The notes under the pieces are model-generated. The model saw only the letters and a program-made list of their open reading frames with translations, did not search any database and was not told the origin of the DNA. The position numbers were made by a program, and so were the translations under genes. From Bacteroidia bacterium (GTDB taxonomy: Bacteria; Bacteroidota; Bacteroidia; UBA8524), in the NCBI GenBank assembly GCA_965249955.1, contig OZ252261.1:3362490-3426489 (forward strand): a stretch of 64,000 nucleotides of DNA. The letters are read 5' to 3'. Within the stretch, counting starts at the first letter, position 1; each line of letters opens with the position of its first letter. Below are positions 41,105-51,426 of the stretch, one piece after another.

Positions 41105-43477
41105 ATGATGAAATTTTACTCAAAGCTATTTTTATTATTTCTATTTGTATGTCCTTCGGTTATTCAGGCACAGCACTGGTTGGGCTATGCTAATAGTAGC
41201 TATGCCGGAACAAACGGTATGTACCTAAACCCCGCTACCATAGCTAATAATAAGTATAATTTTTATATGAATTTGGCTAGTTTCAATACTAATTTATATA
41301 ATAATTACATAAGTCTTGATTTGCCGTATAGTGCTTGGCGTGTGCCTTTCGGAACAGTGCAAAGTCAATATTTAGACGGTAGTGGAAACCCTACTTTTGA
41401 GGACAACTATCTAAAAGAGAACTTAAACGGAAAAAATAAGGACATAAGTTTTATGACGGAGGTTAGAGGGCCTTCGTTTCTGTTTTCAATAGGCCCAAAA
41501 CATACAATAGCTTTTGGTACACGGGTACGGGCAGGGGTGCAATTGCTGGATATGAATGAAAACTTGGCACGTATTGCCCGTTGGGGAACAGACCCTACTA
41601 ACCCTGCATTTTCAGGGCCTGATAGCTTGGCATATAATACCCTTTATGGTCAAAACGATTTTACATTAAATGCCAATGCTTTTACTGAATATAGCTTTAC
41701 TTACAGTGCTTTGGTGTACGAGGATAAGGAGCAAGCTTTTAAAGTTGGAGTTACCGCAAAACGCCTTACAGGTTTGTACAGTTCGTATTTTCAGAACCAA
41801 CCCAATGGAGGTATAATAGTTTACAATGGCGATAGTATGGGGTTTGTAAATGCCAATATACAATACGCCTATGTTGATGAAAACTATTACACTGCCAATG
41901 GAGCTGATTTAAGTGCTTCACGTATACTGTTTAAAGATCCATTGGGTAAAGGTTGGGGGTTTGATATAGGTTTTACCTACGAGTATAGACCCGACTATAA
42001 AGATTTTAAGTATACTATGGATGGCAAAAAACGCTACGATAGAAGTGCTGTTAAACATAAGTTTAGAATAGCCGCAGCACTTACTGATTTGGGAGGTATA
42101 AACTATAACAATAGCAGATGGGTGGGCGAGAGAGTATTGCCTCAAAACCTTTCGGTAAATGTAGGGCAGTTTGATACCTTACGTCGTGCTTTTGATGATT
42201 TTGGACAAGAGAACGGAGACTTAAGTGGTTTTGATAGAATGAACGCCTACATAGGCCGTATTACCAATGGTTTTCAATCAGCAAACAACTCCTTTCGTTC
42301 TAAATTGCCTGCTACTTTAAACCTACAATTTGATTACAATATCTACCGCAATTTGTTTGCAAACGTTACTTATATACAAAGTTTGCGTAAAAAAGGTGGT
42401 GTAGGAATGCGGTACTTTAATCAACTTTCCGTAACGCCTCGTTATGAATCAAAATGGTTTGAAGCAGCTATACCCTTAGTAGTTAACAACGATTTTAAAT
42501 CGGTAAACTTTGGTTTGTTTTTCAAATTTGGCCCTATGTTTATAGGCTCTGATAGGGTAGGGTCTCTATTATTCAAATCACGTAACCTATACAGTATGGA
42601 TGCCTATGCAGGTATAGCTATACCCATAGCCTATAAAAAGCCAAAAGATAGAGACCACGATATGGTATCTAACAAAAAGGATAAGTGCCCCGAAGTGGCC
42701 GGTGTATGGAAGTTTAAAGGTTGCCCCGATACCGATGGTGATGGTGTTGCTGATTCAGAAGACCGTTGCCCTGATGTTGCAGGAATAAAATCGATGAAAG
42801 GTTGCCCTGATACGGATAAAGATGGTGTTACCGATAGTTTGGATAAATGTCCTGAAGTGGCAGGTGATAAAAAGCTTGACGGTTGCCCCGATGCAGACAA
42901 TGATGGTATTGCCGATAGTGAAGATAAATGCCCTGATGCTGCCGGAACTGCTGCAATGAACGGCTGTCCTGATACGGATGGTGATGGTGTGGCTGATAAC
43001 GAAGATAAATGTCCTAATGCAGCGGGTTTAAAACAATTTGCAGGCTGCCCCGAAGAAGTTAAAGACACTACTCCTACATTGGTGCCAAAAACGAAACCAC
43101 AACCCCAAACCCAAAACGAAGATGAGGTGCTGCAAGAAGCCTACAATAATTTGCAATTTGCCACAGGCAGTGCAGTAATAAAAGAAGAATCTTATGAGGC
43201 GTTGAATAAGCTGGCGCAATTGCTTAAAGCAAAACCCAACTACCTAGTATCTATTGAAGGGCATACTGATAATGTAGGAAGTTCTGCCGTAAACTTAACG
43301 TTAAGCAAGCAAAGGGCGCAAGCAGTGCGGAAATATTTAGTAGAAAAAGGCATTGATGCCAAACGAATATTTACAGAAGGGTATGGTGATTCAAAACCAA
43401 TAGCTACTAATACTACCGCTGAGGGAAGAAAGAAAAATCGCAGGGTTGAGTTTTTAATAATACGTGTAGCCAAATAA
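41105..43477 (+). CDS. Paralogous OmpA family protein with the same N-domain, TSP3 repeats and OmpA domain
   Basis: Same architecture as the upstream gene. The two share N-domain blocks such as YAGTNG.YLNP and PR[FY]E..WFEA..PLV.NND. The ATG at 41105 gives a signal peptide. Confidence 0.8.
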   Translation: MMKFYSKLFLLFLFVCPSVIQAQHWLGYANSSYAGTNGMYLNPATIANNKYNFYMNLASFNTNLYNNYISLDLPYSAWRVPFGTVQSQYLDGSGNPTFEDNYLKENLNGKNKDISFMTEVRGPSFLFSIGPKHTIAFGTRVRAGVQLLDMNENLARIARWGTDPTNPAFSGPDSLAYNTLYGQNDFTLNANAFTEYSFTYSALVYEDKEQAFKVGVTAKRLTGLYSSYFQNQPNGGIIVYNGDSMGFVNANIQYAYVDENYYTANGADLSASRILFKDPLGKGWGFDIGFTYEYRPDYKDFKYTMDGKKRYDRSAVKHKFRIAAALTDLGGINYNNSRWVGERVLPQNLSVNVGQFDTLRRAFDDFGQENGDLSGFDRMNAYIGRITNGFQSANNSFRSKLPATLNLQFDYNIYRNLFANVTYIQSLRKKGGVGMRYFNQLSVTPRYESKWFEAAIPLVVNNDFKSVNFGLFFKFGPMFIGSDRVGSLLFKSRNLYSMDAYAGIAIPIAYKKPKDRDHDMVSNKKDKCPEVAGVWKFKGCPDTDGDGVADSEDRCPDVAGIKSMKGCPDTDKDGVTDSLDKCPEVAGDKKLDGCPDADNDGIADSEDKCPDAAGTAAMNGCPDTDGDGVADNEDKCPNAAGLKQFAGCPEEVKDTTPTLVPKTKPQPQTQNEDEVLQEAYNNLQFATGSAVIKEESYEALNKLAQLLKAKPNYLVSIEGHTDNVGSSAVNLTLSKQRAQAVRKYLVEKGIDAKRIFTEGYGDSKPIATNTTAEGRKKNRRVEFLIIRVAK
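42640..43060 (+). repeat. Tandem nucleotide repeats encoding the TSP3 motifs in the paralog
   Basis: Repeated GGTTGCCC(C/T)GATAC(G/C)GAT units. Confidence 0.6.
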
Positions 43478-43564
43478 TTTTTTTTGCATGTTACAACACT
43501 TATTACTAAATCGCAGTCCGTATTAATATTATAAACAATAACTAAATTACTTTAAATACTAATT

Positions 43565-44392
43565 ATGAAAAAGTTATCTCTACTAACACTTTTCTTAGCA
43601 GTAGCAGTGGCATTCTCTTCTTGTAAAAAAGATGAAGAAACTGCAACTCCAGGCAATACAGGCAATAATGAGCCTGCTATTGCACAAGAGCAAAAAGCAG
43701 TTGCTTTTTACTTATCAGGTAACTGGTGCGGCCCATGCGGTCAATACGGTAAGCCCGCAATGGCAGCTGTTGAGCAAGCTCAAGGCGATAAATTTGTAGT
43801 TGTTGCTTGTCATTTAAACAGTCAAGGAACTCCCGATCCATTAAATACTCCTGAAGCTAATGCATTAGCAGGTGCTTGGGCTGTAAACTCAGTACCAACA
43901 TGTGCTCTTGGTGGAGCTGGTCTTTCAGGTTACAAAGTAGGCGGTGGTTCATCAATGAAAACAGGTATAGAAAACCAAGTATCAGTAATACAAGGTAAAA
44001 CTGCATCTGCAAACTCTTCTATTAAAGCTACGCTAAATGGCACTTCACTTACTGTAAATACAAAAACTAAGTTTTTTGATGCAACTAGTGAGCCTCACTT
44101 CATTTCTGTATATATAATTGAAGATGGTATAGCTCTTCGTCAATATGTTTCTGGTACAGGTTGGGATAATAGCGCGATACACAATAACGTACTTCGCAAA
44201 GCACTTACCACCAATACTACCGGTGATGATTTAGCAACAACTGCTACATCAGGTCAAATAGTTTCTAAAGATTTTAGTGGAACTATTGAGTCTGCTTGGA
44301 ACAAAGATAACCTTAGAATAGCTGTTGTAGTTTGGAAACAAGGTTCAACAGGTCGTGTTATTGTTAACGGAACTGTGGCTGACGTTAAATAA
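43565..44392 (+). CDS. Omp28-related outer-membrane lipoprotein (thioredoxin-like CxxC)
   Basis: Lipobox FSSC and a WCGPC motif; resembles the Omp28 family of Porphyromonas and Bacteroidota. Confidence 0.55.
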   Translation: MKKLSLLTLFLAVAVAFSSCKKDEETATPGNTGNNEPAIAQEQKAVAFYLSGNWCGPCGQYGKPAMAAVEQAQGDKFVVVACHLNSQGTPDPLNTPEANALAGAWAVNSVPTCALGGAGLSGYKVGGGSSMKTGIENQVSVIQGKTASANSSIKATLNGTSLTVNTKTKFFDATSEPHFISVYIIEDGIALRQYVSGTGWDNSAIHNNVLRKALTTNTTGDDLATTATSGQIVSKDFSGTIESAWNKDNLRIAVVVWKQGSTGRVIVNGTVADVK

Positions 44393-44414
44393 TTATATCT
44401 TTACATAAGATTTT

Positions 44415-44442
44415 TAAAAACCCGCTAACAGCGGGTTTTTTT
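44415..44442. terminator. Intrinsic terminator
   Basis: AAAAACCCGCT-AACA-GCGGGTTTTTTT. Confidence 0.75.
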
Positions 44443-44563
44443 GTTTTAACTTTATAGTATCGCTTTTGTTAACAGAAACTTACTGAGTATATATCAATAG
44501 AAGTAATAGCAGCCAGTGAACAATATTAAAACTAGATTTGTGCTTGAAAGCAACTCGTAGATA

Positions 44564-45142
44564 ATGGATGAGTTAATAATAGATTACATATCTAAATATA
44601 TTTCACTTTCTGACGAAGAAATAAGAATAGTTAGAGAGCAAAACCTAATAAGGCAATATAAGAAAAATGAAGTATTGCTTGTAGAAGGAGCATTAGCTAC
44701 TGAATGTTATTTCGTTTTAAGCGGATGTGTAAGGGCGTATTACTTGATTGACGGTGAAGAACGCAATACTGATTTTTATATAGAGAACCAAACAATTACA
44801 CCTGTTAGCTACCAAACTCATACTTCATCTCAATATTATTTGTCGTGCCTTGAAGACTGTGTATTGGCAGTAGGTAGTGGTGAACGAAATAGAGAATTGG
44901 TGAAAAAAATACCAAAATTATCATCTTTACTACTGCAAATGAATGGTGAGTTGTTGATACAAAAAACTGTTGAATTGGATGGTTTTAAGAACTTTAACCC
45001 CGAACAACGGTATTTAAAATTGATTGAAAAAAATCCTGATTTGGCAAACCGAATACCTTTATACCATTTGGCAAGTTACTTAGGCATCACACAAGTGTCA
45101 TTAAGTAGAATTCGCAAAAGAATCTCCAATCACCACCGTTAA
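44564..45142 (+). CDS. Crp/Fnr family transcriptional regulator
   Basis: cNMP-binding domain plus a C-terminal HTH (LASYLGITQVSLSRIRKRI). Confidence 0.85.
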   Translation: MDELIIDYISKYISLSDEEIRIVREQNLIRQYKKNEVLLVEGALATECYFVLSGCVRAYYLIDGEERNTDFYIENQTITPVSYQTHTSSQYYLSCLEDCVLAVGSGERNRELVKKIPKLSSLLLQMNGELLIQKTVELDGFKNFNPEQRYLKLIEKNPDLANRIPLYHLASYLGITQVSLSRIRKRISNHHR

Positions 45143-45221
45143 GATTGCATTTATTATCAAAAGATAATTTTTGAAAAAATGCCTAACTATACTTTTGCTC
45201 TTCATAATATTAATAGAGCAA

Positions 45222-45917
45222 ATGGATACTGTATTTTCAGAAAATAAGAGTACTAAAGCGAATGCTTCTCTTACAGGAGTTTTTTTTATTGTTGCTGCTG
45301 TATCATCTATTATAGGGTTGAAACTGTATGACCCTATTTTGACTGATAATGATTTTATTATTTCGGGCAGCAATAATTACAATCAAATTATTTTTGGGGC
45401 TATTAACGAATTAATTTTGGCAGTAACAGCCACAGGTACAGCAATAATGCTATATCCATACCTTAAACGATACAACGAAAGTTTGGGAATGGGCTATGTC
45501 AGTTTCAGAATATTAGAAGTGTTTTTTATTCTGTTAGGCATCATCAGTGTTTTGTCTGTTCTTGCAATAAGTCAATATTATTCAGCAAATACCATTACTG
45601 ATAAATCCCATGCCACATCACTGGGTTTGGTATTTATTGCAATGCATAAATGGACTTTTATTTTAGGGCCTAATTTTATGCTGGCCATTAATACTTTTCT
45701 ATACAGTTTTGTGTTTCGCAAAACAGGTTTAGTACCTAAAAAATTATCAATGTTGGGTACAATAGCCTCATGCTTAATTATGGTTGCTGCTTTGCTTGAA
45801 ATGTTTGGGATTATTGAGCAAATTTCGATGTGGGGCATTTTGTTAGCACTACCTATTGCCCTTTACGAAATGTCGTTAGCAGTATGGTTAATTGTAAAAG
45901 GCTTTAAAGTGGTTTAG
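45222..45917 (+). CDS. DUF4386-like membrane protein
   Basis: Multi-TM protein. Pairing of a DUF4386 gene with a Crp/Fnr regulator is common. The ATG at 45222 is preferred over the TTG at 45171. Confidence 0.5.
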   Translation: MDTVFSENKSTKANASLTGVFFIVAAVSSIIGLKLYDPILTDNDFIISGSNNYNQIIFGAINELILAVTATGTAIMLYPYLKRYNESLGMGYVSFRILEVFFILLGIISVLSVLAISQYYSANTITDKSHATSLGLVFIAMHKWTFILGPNFMLAINTFLYSFVFRKTGLVPKKLSMLGTIASCLIMVAALLEMFGIIEQISMWGILLALPIALYEMSLAVWLIVKGFKVV

Positions 45918-45940
45918 CGCACGAGGAGTTAAGCTAATAA

Positions 45941-46867
45941 TCAACCTGCATTATCAGCATGAAGAACTTTGTTTATATGCCCTATAATATCCGTTAACTG
46001 TGTTGGTTCAAACCAAGTATACTCAGTATCTTTTCTAAACCAAGTAATCTGTCGTTTAGCATAGTTTCGGGTATGTTGTTTTACCAAGTCAATAGCTTTT
46101 GCCAGCGATGTATTTCCGTTAAAATAGTCAAACAGTTCTTTGTAGCCAACGGTTTGTAAAGCGTTAAGAGTAGAATAGGCAAGTAACCCTTTTACTTCGT
46201 TTTCCAGCCCCTCATCCATCATAGCATCAACCCTTTTATTTATGCGTTGGTAAAGTTTCTCTCTATCTGTATTTAGGGCAATTTTTATAGGAATAAACGG
46301 TCTTGATGCTGCAGTGTTTTGTTTTAATACTGAAGCTTTTTGACCTGAAACTAAGCAAATTTCTAAAGCCCGTATTACCCTGCGTGGGTTGTTTGTATCA
46401 ATAGCATTGTAGCTTTCCTCGTCAAGTTCTTTAAGTTGTGTAGTTAAAGGTAGTAATCCTTCACTTTCATAGCGTTGGTTTAATATCAGTCGGGTGTTTT
46501 CGTCCGAGGGTAAATCGTCCAAACCGTTAAGAAGTGCATTGATAAACAAACCTGAACCTCCTACCAAAATTACAACATTGTGCTTAGTATAAAGAGACCT
46601 TAAAAGCTGCAACGCATCCCGCTCAAAATCAGCGGCAGTATAAGGCTGTTGTATACCTATATGGCCAATACAATGGTGCGGGGCAGCTGCAAGCTCATCG
46701 GTTGAGGGTTTTGCTACACCAATATTTAATTCTTTGTAAAATTGCCTCGAGTCGGCCGAAATAATCTCAGTAGTAAAATGTTGCGCTAGTTTTATTGCTA
46801 AGGCTGTTTTGCCAATGGCTGTTGGCCCTGCTACAACAATAAGGTATTTTTGATTTTCAGATACCAA
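45941..46867 (-). CDS. miaA: tRNA dimethylallyltransferase
   Basis: P-loop GPTAIGKT and the MiaA sequence; TTG start. Confidence 0.9.
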   Translation of the reverse strand: MVSENQKYLIVVAGPTAIGKTALAIKLAQHFTTEIISADSRQFYKELNIGVAKPSTDELAAAPHHCIGHIGIQQPYTAADFERDALQLLRSLYTKHNVVILVGGSGLFINALLNGLDDLPSDENTRLILNQRYESEGLLPLTTQLKELDEESYNAIDTNNPRRVIRALEICLVSGQKASVLKQNTAASRPFIPIKIALNTDREKLYQRINKRVDAMMDEGLENEVKGLLAYSTLNALQTVGYKELFDYFNGNTSLAKAIDLVKQHTRNYAKRQITWFRKDTEYTWFEPTQLTDIIGHINKVLHADNAG

Positions 46868-46870
46868 AGC

Positions 46871-47461
46871 TTAATCTTCGTCCAATAAGCTCAAATCATC
46901 GTCTACCATGTCGTCGTCTTCACTGTCACTATCCTCGTCATCAGTAGCATCACCAAAACCTTCATGTTCTTTTAGTTCTTCTTCGCTCACATCACCTGCA
47001 AGTAAGTTACGGGCTATGTATTCAAACTCATCTTCTTCAAGTCCCTCACCAAATTTTTTGTCTTTGGCGGCATATTGTTTGGGTGCTTTGCCAACACTTT
47101 TAAACACACTGGGGTAATCCGTAGCGGGGTTTTCAGTCATCACTATGCCTGCCAACTCACAGTTAAACCACCATTGGCCATCGTATACAAACAGTATTTT
47201 TTGGTGTGGGTCGTTAATAAAAGCATTTAGCTTAGCATCTTTCATCACTACATTTTCGCCTTTTTTCTGCTTGCTTATCTCTTCACCTTTTCTCCACATA
47301 TCATCGCTCATATAAAACGAAGCATCGTGTTGGTTATCAAAACCAATCGATTGAAGAATAACATCGTGAAAGTGTGTAAAGGTTTGACCGGGTTTTATCT
47401 CAATCACTCGGTATACATCTTCGTTGTCTTCAAAGTAAACTTTAAACTTATATAGTGGCAT
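46871..47461 (-). CDS. pRiA4b ORF-3-like domain protein with a poly-acidic C-terminal tail
   Basis: N-terminus MPLYKFKVYFED...YRVIEI fits the PRiA4_ORF3 (PF07929) pattern. The C-terminus is DDEDSDSEDDDMVDDDLSLLDED. Confidence 0.45.
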   Translation of the reverse strand: MPLYKFKVYFEDNEDVYRVIEIKPGQTFTHFHDVILQSIGFDNQHDASFYMSDDMWRKGEEISKQKKGENVVMKDAKLNAFINDPHQKILFVYDGQWWFNCELAGIVMTENPATDYPSVFKSVGKAPKQYAAKDKKFGEGLEEDEFEYIARNLLAGDVSEEELKEHEGFGDATDDEDSDSEDDDMVDDDLSLLDED

Positions 47462-47516
47462 AGTGTTTCGTAAAAGCAAATTAACTAAAAAAGATAATTG
47501 TGCTAAAATTTTAATG

Positions 47517-48926
47517 TTATTTTGATTTTAAGCCCATTTGTTCTGCTGTCTTTTTCATTAGCAGTAAGGCTTCTTCTCTGTCGTTTTTTATTTCACCTTC
47601 TAAAATAGCCTCGCGCACTACATTTTTTATAGCACCAATTTGAGTATTGTTTGTAATATCAATACTTTCCATAATATCAAAGCCTGTAATGGGCGGCTGA
47701 AAATTACGCAAGTTATCTCGTTCGGTAACGTCTTCAATTTTTTGACGCACTACTACAAGGTTGGCCAAAAACTTTTTCACCTTAGCCTCATTTTTCGAGG
47801 TAATATCGGCCTTGCAAAGTGTAAGTAAATCTCCAACATCTTCCCCTGCATCAACAATTAGGCGGCGTATGGCACTATCGGTAACTACTTCTTGTGATAA
47901 AACTATGGGGCGAAGGTGCAAGGCCACCAGCTTTTCTACATACTTCATCTTTTCATTCAGCGGAAGTTTGAGGCGGGTAAAAATCTTTTTCACCATGCGT
48001 GCGCCCTTGTCTTCGTGTCCGTGAAAAGTCCAACCGTGTCCTTTTTCAAAGCGTTTGGTTAGTGGTTTGGCTATATCGTGCAAAATAGCTGCCCAGCGCA
48101 ACCAAAGGTCGTTTGTATCTTGGCTTATATTATCCAACACCTGCAAGGTGTGGTAAAAATTATCTTTATGTCCTTTGCCGTTTATTATTTCTACTCCTTG
48201 CATGGCCACCAATTCAGGAAAAATAATCTTTAGCAAACCTGTATCGTACAGGTATAAAAAGCCTATTGATGGGGTAGGCGCAAGTATTATCTTGTTCAGC
48301 TCGTCGCTAATACGCTCCATCGATACTATTTTTATTCTTTCGGCATTGCGGTGTATGGCCTCAAGCGTTTTAGGTTCAATTGTAAAACCCAGTTGACTGG
48401 CAAAGCGTATACCGCGCATCATGCGCAAAGGGTCGTCGCTAAACGTTATATCAGCATCTTGTGGAGTTCGGATAATCTTGTTTTCAAGGTCTTTTATTCC
48501 GTCAAAAGGGTCAAGCAACTCACCATAGGTATCGTTATTCAGTGAAATTGCTAAGGCATTTATGGTGAAATCGCGACGGTTTTGGTCGTCTTCCAACGTG
48601 CCGTCTTCAACAATAGGTTTTCGCGAATTGCGGTTGTACGATTCTTTACGTGCGCCCACAAACTCAATATCCCAGTCATCATCAGTTTTTAGCATGGCAG
48701 TGCCAAAGTTTTTAAAATAACTGACGTATGGGGTATTTGGCAGGTTGTTGGCCACCTCGTGCGCCAAGTCGATACCACTGCCAATAGCCACTATATCAAC
48801 ATCTTTACTATCGCGACCTAAAAAAATATCACGCACAAAGCCCCCAATAGCATAGCACTCAACACCAAGTTTTTGGGCAGCTTGACCTATTACTTCAAAT
48901 ACAGGATGGCTTAGATGCTGTTTCAT
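47517..48926 (-). CDS. CCA tRNA nucleotidyltransferase / poly(A) polymerase-family protein with an HD domain
   Basis: PolyA_pol head domain (GGFVRDIFLGRDSKDVDIV) plus an HD domain (HGHEDKG). Confidence 0.85.
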   Translation of the reverse strand: MKQHLSHPVFEVIGQAAQKLGVECYAIGGFVRDIFLGRDSKDVDIVAIGSGIDLAHEVANNLPNTPYVSYFKNFGTAMLKTDDDWDIEFVGARKESYNRNSRKPIVEDGTLEDDQNRRDFTINALAISLNNDTYGELLDPFDGIKDLENKIIRTPQDADITFSDDPLRMMRGIRFASQLGFTIEPKTLEAIHRNAERIKIVSMERISDELNKIILAPTPSIGFLYLYDTGLLKIIFPELVAMQGVEIINGKGHKDNFYHTLQVLDNISQDTNDLWLRWAAILHDIAKPLTKRFEKGHGWTFHGHEDKGARMVKKIFTRLKLPLNEKMKYVEKLVALHLRPIVLSQEVVTDSAIRRLIVDAGEDVGDLLTLCKADITSKNEAKVKKFLANLVVVRQKIEDVTERDNLRNFQPPITGFDIMESIDITNNTQIGAIKNVVREAILEGEIKNDREEALLLMKKTAEQMGLKSK

Positions 48927-49004
48927 TTTACGGGCGGCAAAGATAATTAGCCAAGGCGAGATTTTACTAATGGCAATAGATGTTATAAATTATAAATTAG
49001 CGAA

Positions 49005-49490
49005 ATGAAATTTAGGTGGGTGCCTTGGTATAAAACTACTTTTGAAATTGATGAAAAGTGCATTGATTTTATGGAGAGGTTGAAAACGGCTATTTGCTTC
49101 GACGATTGGGAAGGAAAAAGAAATGATTATATAGGCTATGTTGGTAGTAATGGATTTAGATTTTTCTTTCGAAAATTTCTCAGTAAGTATAGTCTAATAC
49201 AAGAGAAAGAGTTTTTAGCAGAATATTCAACAATACTATGGGGTAAAGTGGTAGAAAAAGGAGAGAAATGTAAAGTGGAAATTATTATATCTATATACTG
49301 GTTAGGGTATATTTTTTTCCTGCCCTTGTTTGTTATACCAATTATAGGTTTTATTGTTAATGGAGACTTGTTTAATCTATTTTTCTCTTTATTAATTTAT
49401 GGCATTACTTTAGTCGCTTTTAATCTTAGGGCTCACGTACTTTATAATTTCTTTCTAAAGATTCTTCATAATAAGTCTAACTTTTATTAA
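49005..49490 (+). CDS. Hypothetical small membrane protein (AT-rich)
   Basis: 161 aa with 2 C-terminal TM helices and no motif. Confidence 0.35.
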   Translation: MKFRWVPWYKTTFEIDEKCIDFMERLKTAICFDDWEGKRNDYIGYVGSNGFRFFFRKFLSKYSLIQEKEFLAEYSTILWGKVVEKGEKCKVEIIISIYWLGYIFFLPLFVIPIIGFIVNGDLFNLFFSLLIYGITLVAFNLRAHVLYNFFLKILHNKSNFY

Positions 49491-50484
49491 TAGCACTCAC
49501 CATTTTTTGCACATCAATACTAAGTACACACTTAAAATGTCCTTTTGGGCAGGCTTTATGCCCGTGCAATCCGCATGGACGACAATCTAGTTGTAAATCA
49601 GTTTCTATAATAGCACTATTATCACTTAATGGCCCAAACCCAAAACTGCTTACTGTACTGCAAAACATAGCGCGTGTAGGTGCATTGATGGATGATGCCA
49701 AATGCAACGGTGCTGAATCGTTGGTGTAATTCATTACAGCATCGCGCATTAGTGCGGTGGTTTGCAATAAACTAAGCTCACCCGCAAGATTGGTACACGA
49801 TGTATTGGTATTTGTAACTGTGTTTATTATTTCATTGCAGAGTTGGGCATCACTAGGCGCACCCAATAAATACACATTAATAGGCGAGGGGATAGCATTA
49901 AGAAACTCTACCCACTTTTCTTTGGGAAACTGCTTGGTGAACCATACAGAAGCAGGAGCTATACAAATATAAGGAGCACTTTTATACCCGTCTACTTTTT
50001 TATAATCAGTAGCATTTGGGTATAGTTTTGGTTTTGCAGCCTCACTATCCGTAATCGCACTTATTAAATAATGATTTCTTACAATCTCGTGGTGGTTGTA
50101 TTGGTGTTCTACTTTTTGGGTAAAAAGAAACGACAAGGGATTTTTGCTAAACCCGATTGTTTTTTTGGCTTTTGAAAAAGCTGTTAGAAAACCCGATGCT
50201 GCAAAACGCTGTAAATTGACTGTTAGGTCATATTTGTTGTTTCTTATGATTTTCAGCGTGTTAAGCAGGTTTTTGTATTTGCCTTTTTTCTTATCCCACA
50301 CCAATAATTGATGTATAAATGGATGTTGAGCAAATAAACTCTCGTTGCCTTTACGTACCAAAAAATCTATTTGTGCAGTAGGGTAATATTGGTGCAGTTT
50401 TTCAAGAATACCTGTTGCCAAAATAGCATCGCCTATAAAAGCGGTTTGTATAACAAGTATTTTGTTTAGCGGTTGGGCTGCCAT
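49477..50484 (-). CDS. Glycosyltransferase family 9 (LPS heptosyltransferase-like)
   Basis: KILVIQTAFIGDAIL is a GT9 signature. Confidence 0.85.
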   Translation of the reverse strand: MAAQPLNKILVIQTAFIGDAILATGILEKLHQYYPTAQIDFLVRKGNESLFAQHPFIHQLLVWDKKKGKYKNLLNTLKIIRNNKYDLTVNLQRFAASGFLTAFSKAKKTIGFSKNPLSFLFTQKVEHQYNHHEIVRNHYLISAITDSEAAKPKLYPNATDYKKVDGYKSAPYICIAPASVWFTKQFPKEKWVEFLNAIPSPINVYLLGAPSDAQLCNEIINTVTNTNTSCTNLAGELSLLQTTALMRDAVMNYTNDSAPLHLASSINAPTRAMFCSTVSSFGFGPLSDNSAIIETDLQLDCRPCGLHGHKACPKGHFKCVLSIDVQKMVSAINKS

Positions 50485-50507
50485 TGGGCAAAGATAAATA
50501 AAGTTAC

Positions 50508-51260
50508 TTAGGGCAAATCTTTAAAAGATCCTTTTGGTAGAGGTAGAATAAAATCAATCTCCGGGTATTCTAATTCTCTATAATCTAACTGTAATTTAAA
50601 ATCATAATTAACTAATAAACTATCAGTTTGTGTAGCAGTTAGTTGGCAAAAATCCTTATTGTAAGTGGTTTGTGCTGCTTGTTCTAATACTTGTGTATAA
50701 GCTGATAGAATGGTTTTTATAATATAATTGAAGTTTGTTTCATGGGTTTGATAATCCCATATGATTCGGGTATTAGCTTTAAGAGGTGAGTCAGAATATT
50801 CAGGTTCTTTTCCATAGTTTTTAATATGTTTGATTACCATTGCTTTAACGTTTGATGTGTCTTGGTATTCTGCTTCAACAAGGTATTGACCTATTGAGTT
50901 AATTCTTATGTCTAATCTATTTTTAAAACCACAGTATGGTGGGAGGAAAGCAGGAAATGGGTTCCTAATAAAAACCTTTAAATAAATAGGTGATTTCCCT
51001 CTATCAATAGTGTATTTGATTTTGAAAAACACAAAATAGTCTTGTGTAGTTGTGGTTGTATCAATCAGGCGAGCTAATCGTTCTTTTATTAAAGAGAGAC
51101 TATCATCATACTCAAACTCAATAACAGGTAAACTATCGGCACCACTAAAAAATGCTTCTAGTTGTGGCGAACAGAAATAGCTTTTAGGCTCTTCTTTCTG
51201 CCTGGTTTGCTTACACGCAACTATACTTATAATGGCTAACAAACCAACAACGTATTTCAT
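50508..51260 (-). CDS. Hypothetical lipoprotein
   Basis: Lipobox IVAC. Confidence 0.45.
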   Translation of the reverse strand: MKYVVGLLAIISIVACKQTRQKEEPKSYFCSPQLEAFFSGADSLPVIEFEYDDSLSLIKERLARLIDTTTTTQDYFVFFKIKYTIDRGKSPIYLKVFIRNPFPAFLPPYCGFKNRLDIRINSIGQYLVEAEYQDTSNVKAMVIKHIKNYGKEPEYSDSPLKANTRIIWDYQTHETNFNYIIKTILSAYTQVLEQAAQTTYNKDFCQLTATQTDSLLVNYDFKLQLDYRELEYPEIDFILPLPKGSFKDLP

Positions 51261-51426
51261 AAAAGTAAAACGCTAAAATACCTATATAGGTTGTGAGTAC
51301 TGCTACCCTTTGCCAATTTTTTGTTCCCTTGCGGTTGCTGTTATGCGCTTATTATATAAAAGTGTGGGTAGGTAGCTACAAATATTGTTAGCTTATATTT
51401 GCGCCATTATTACATAAAAACAACCC

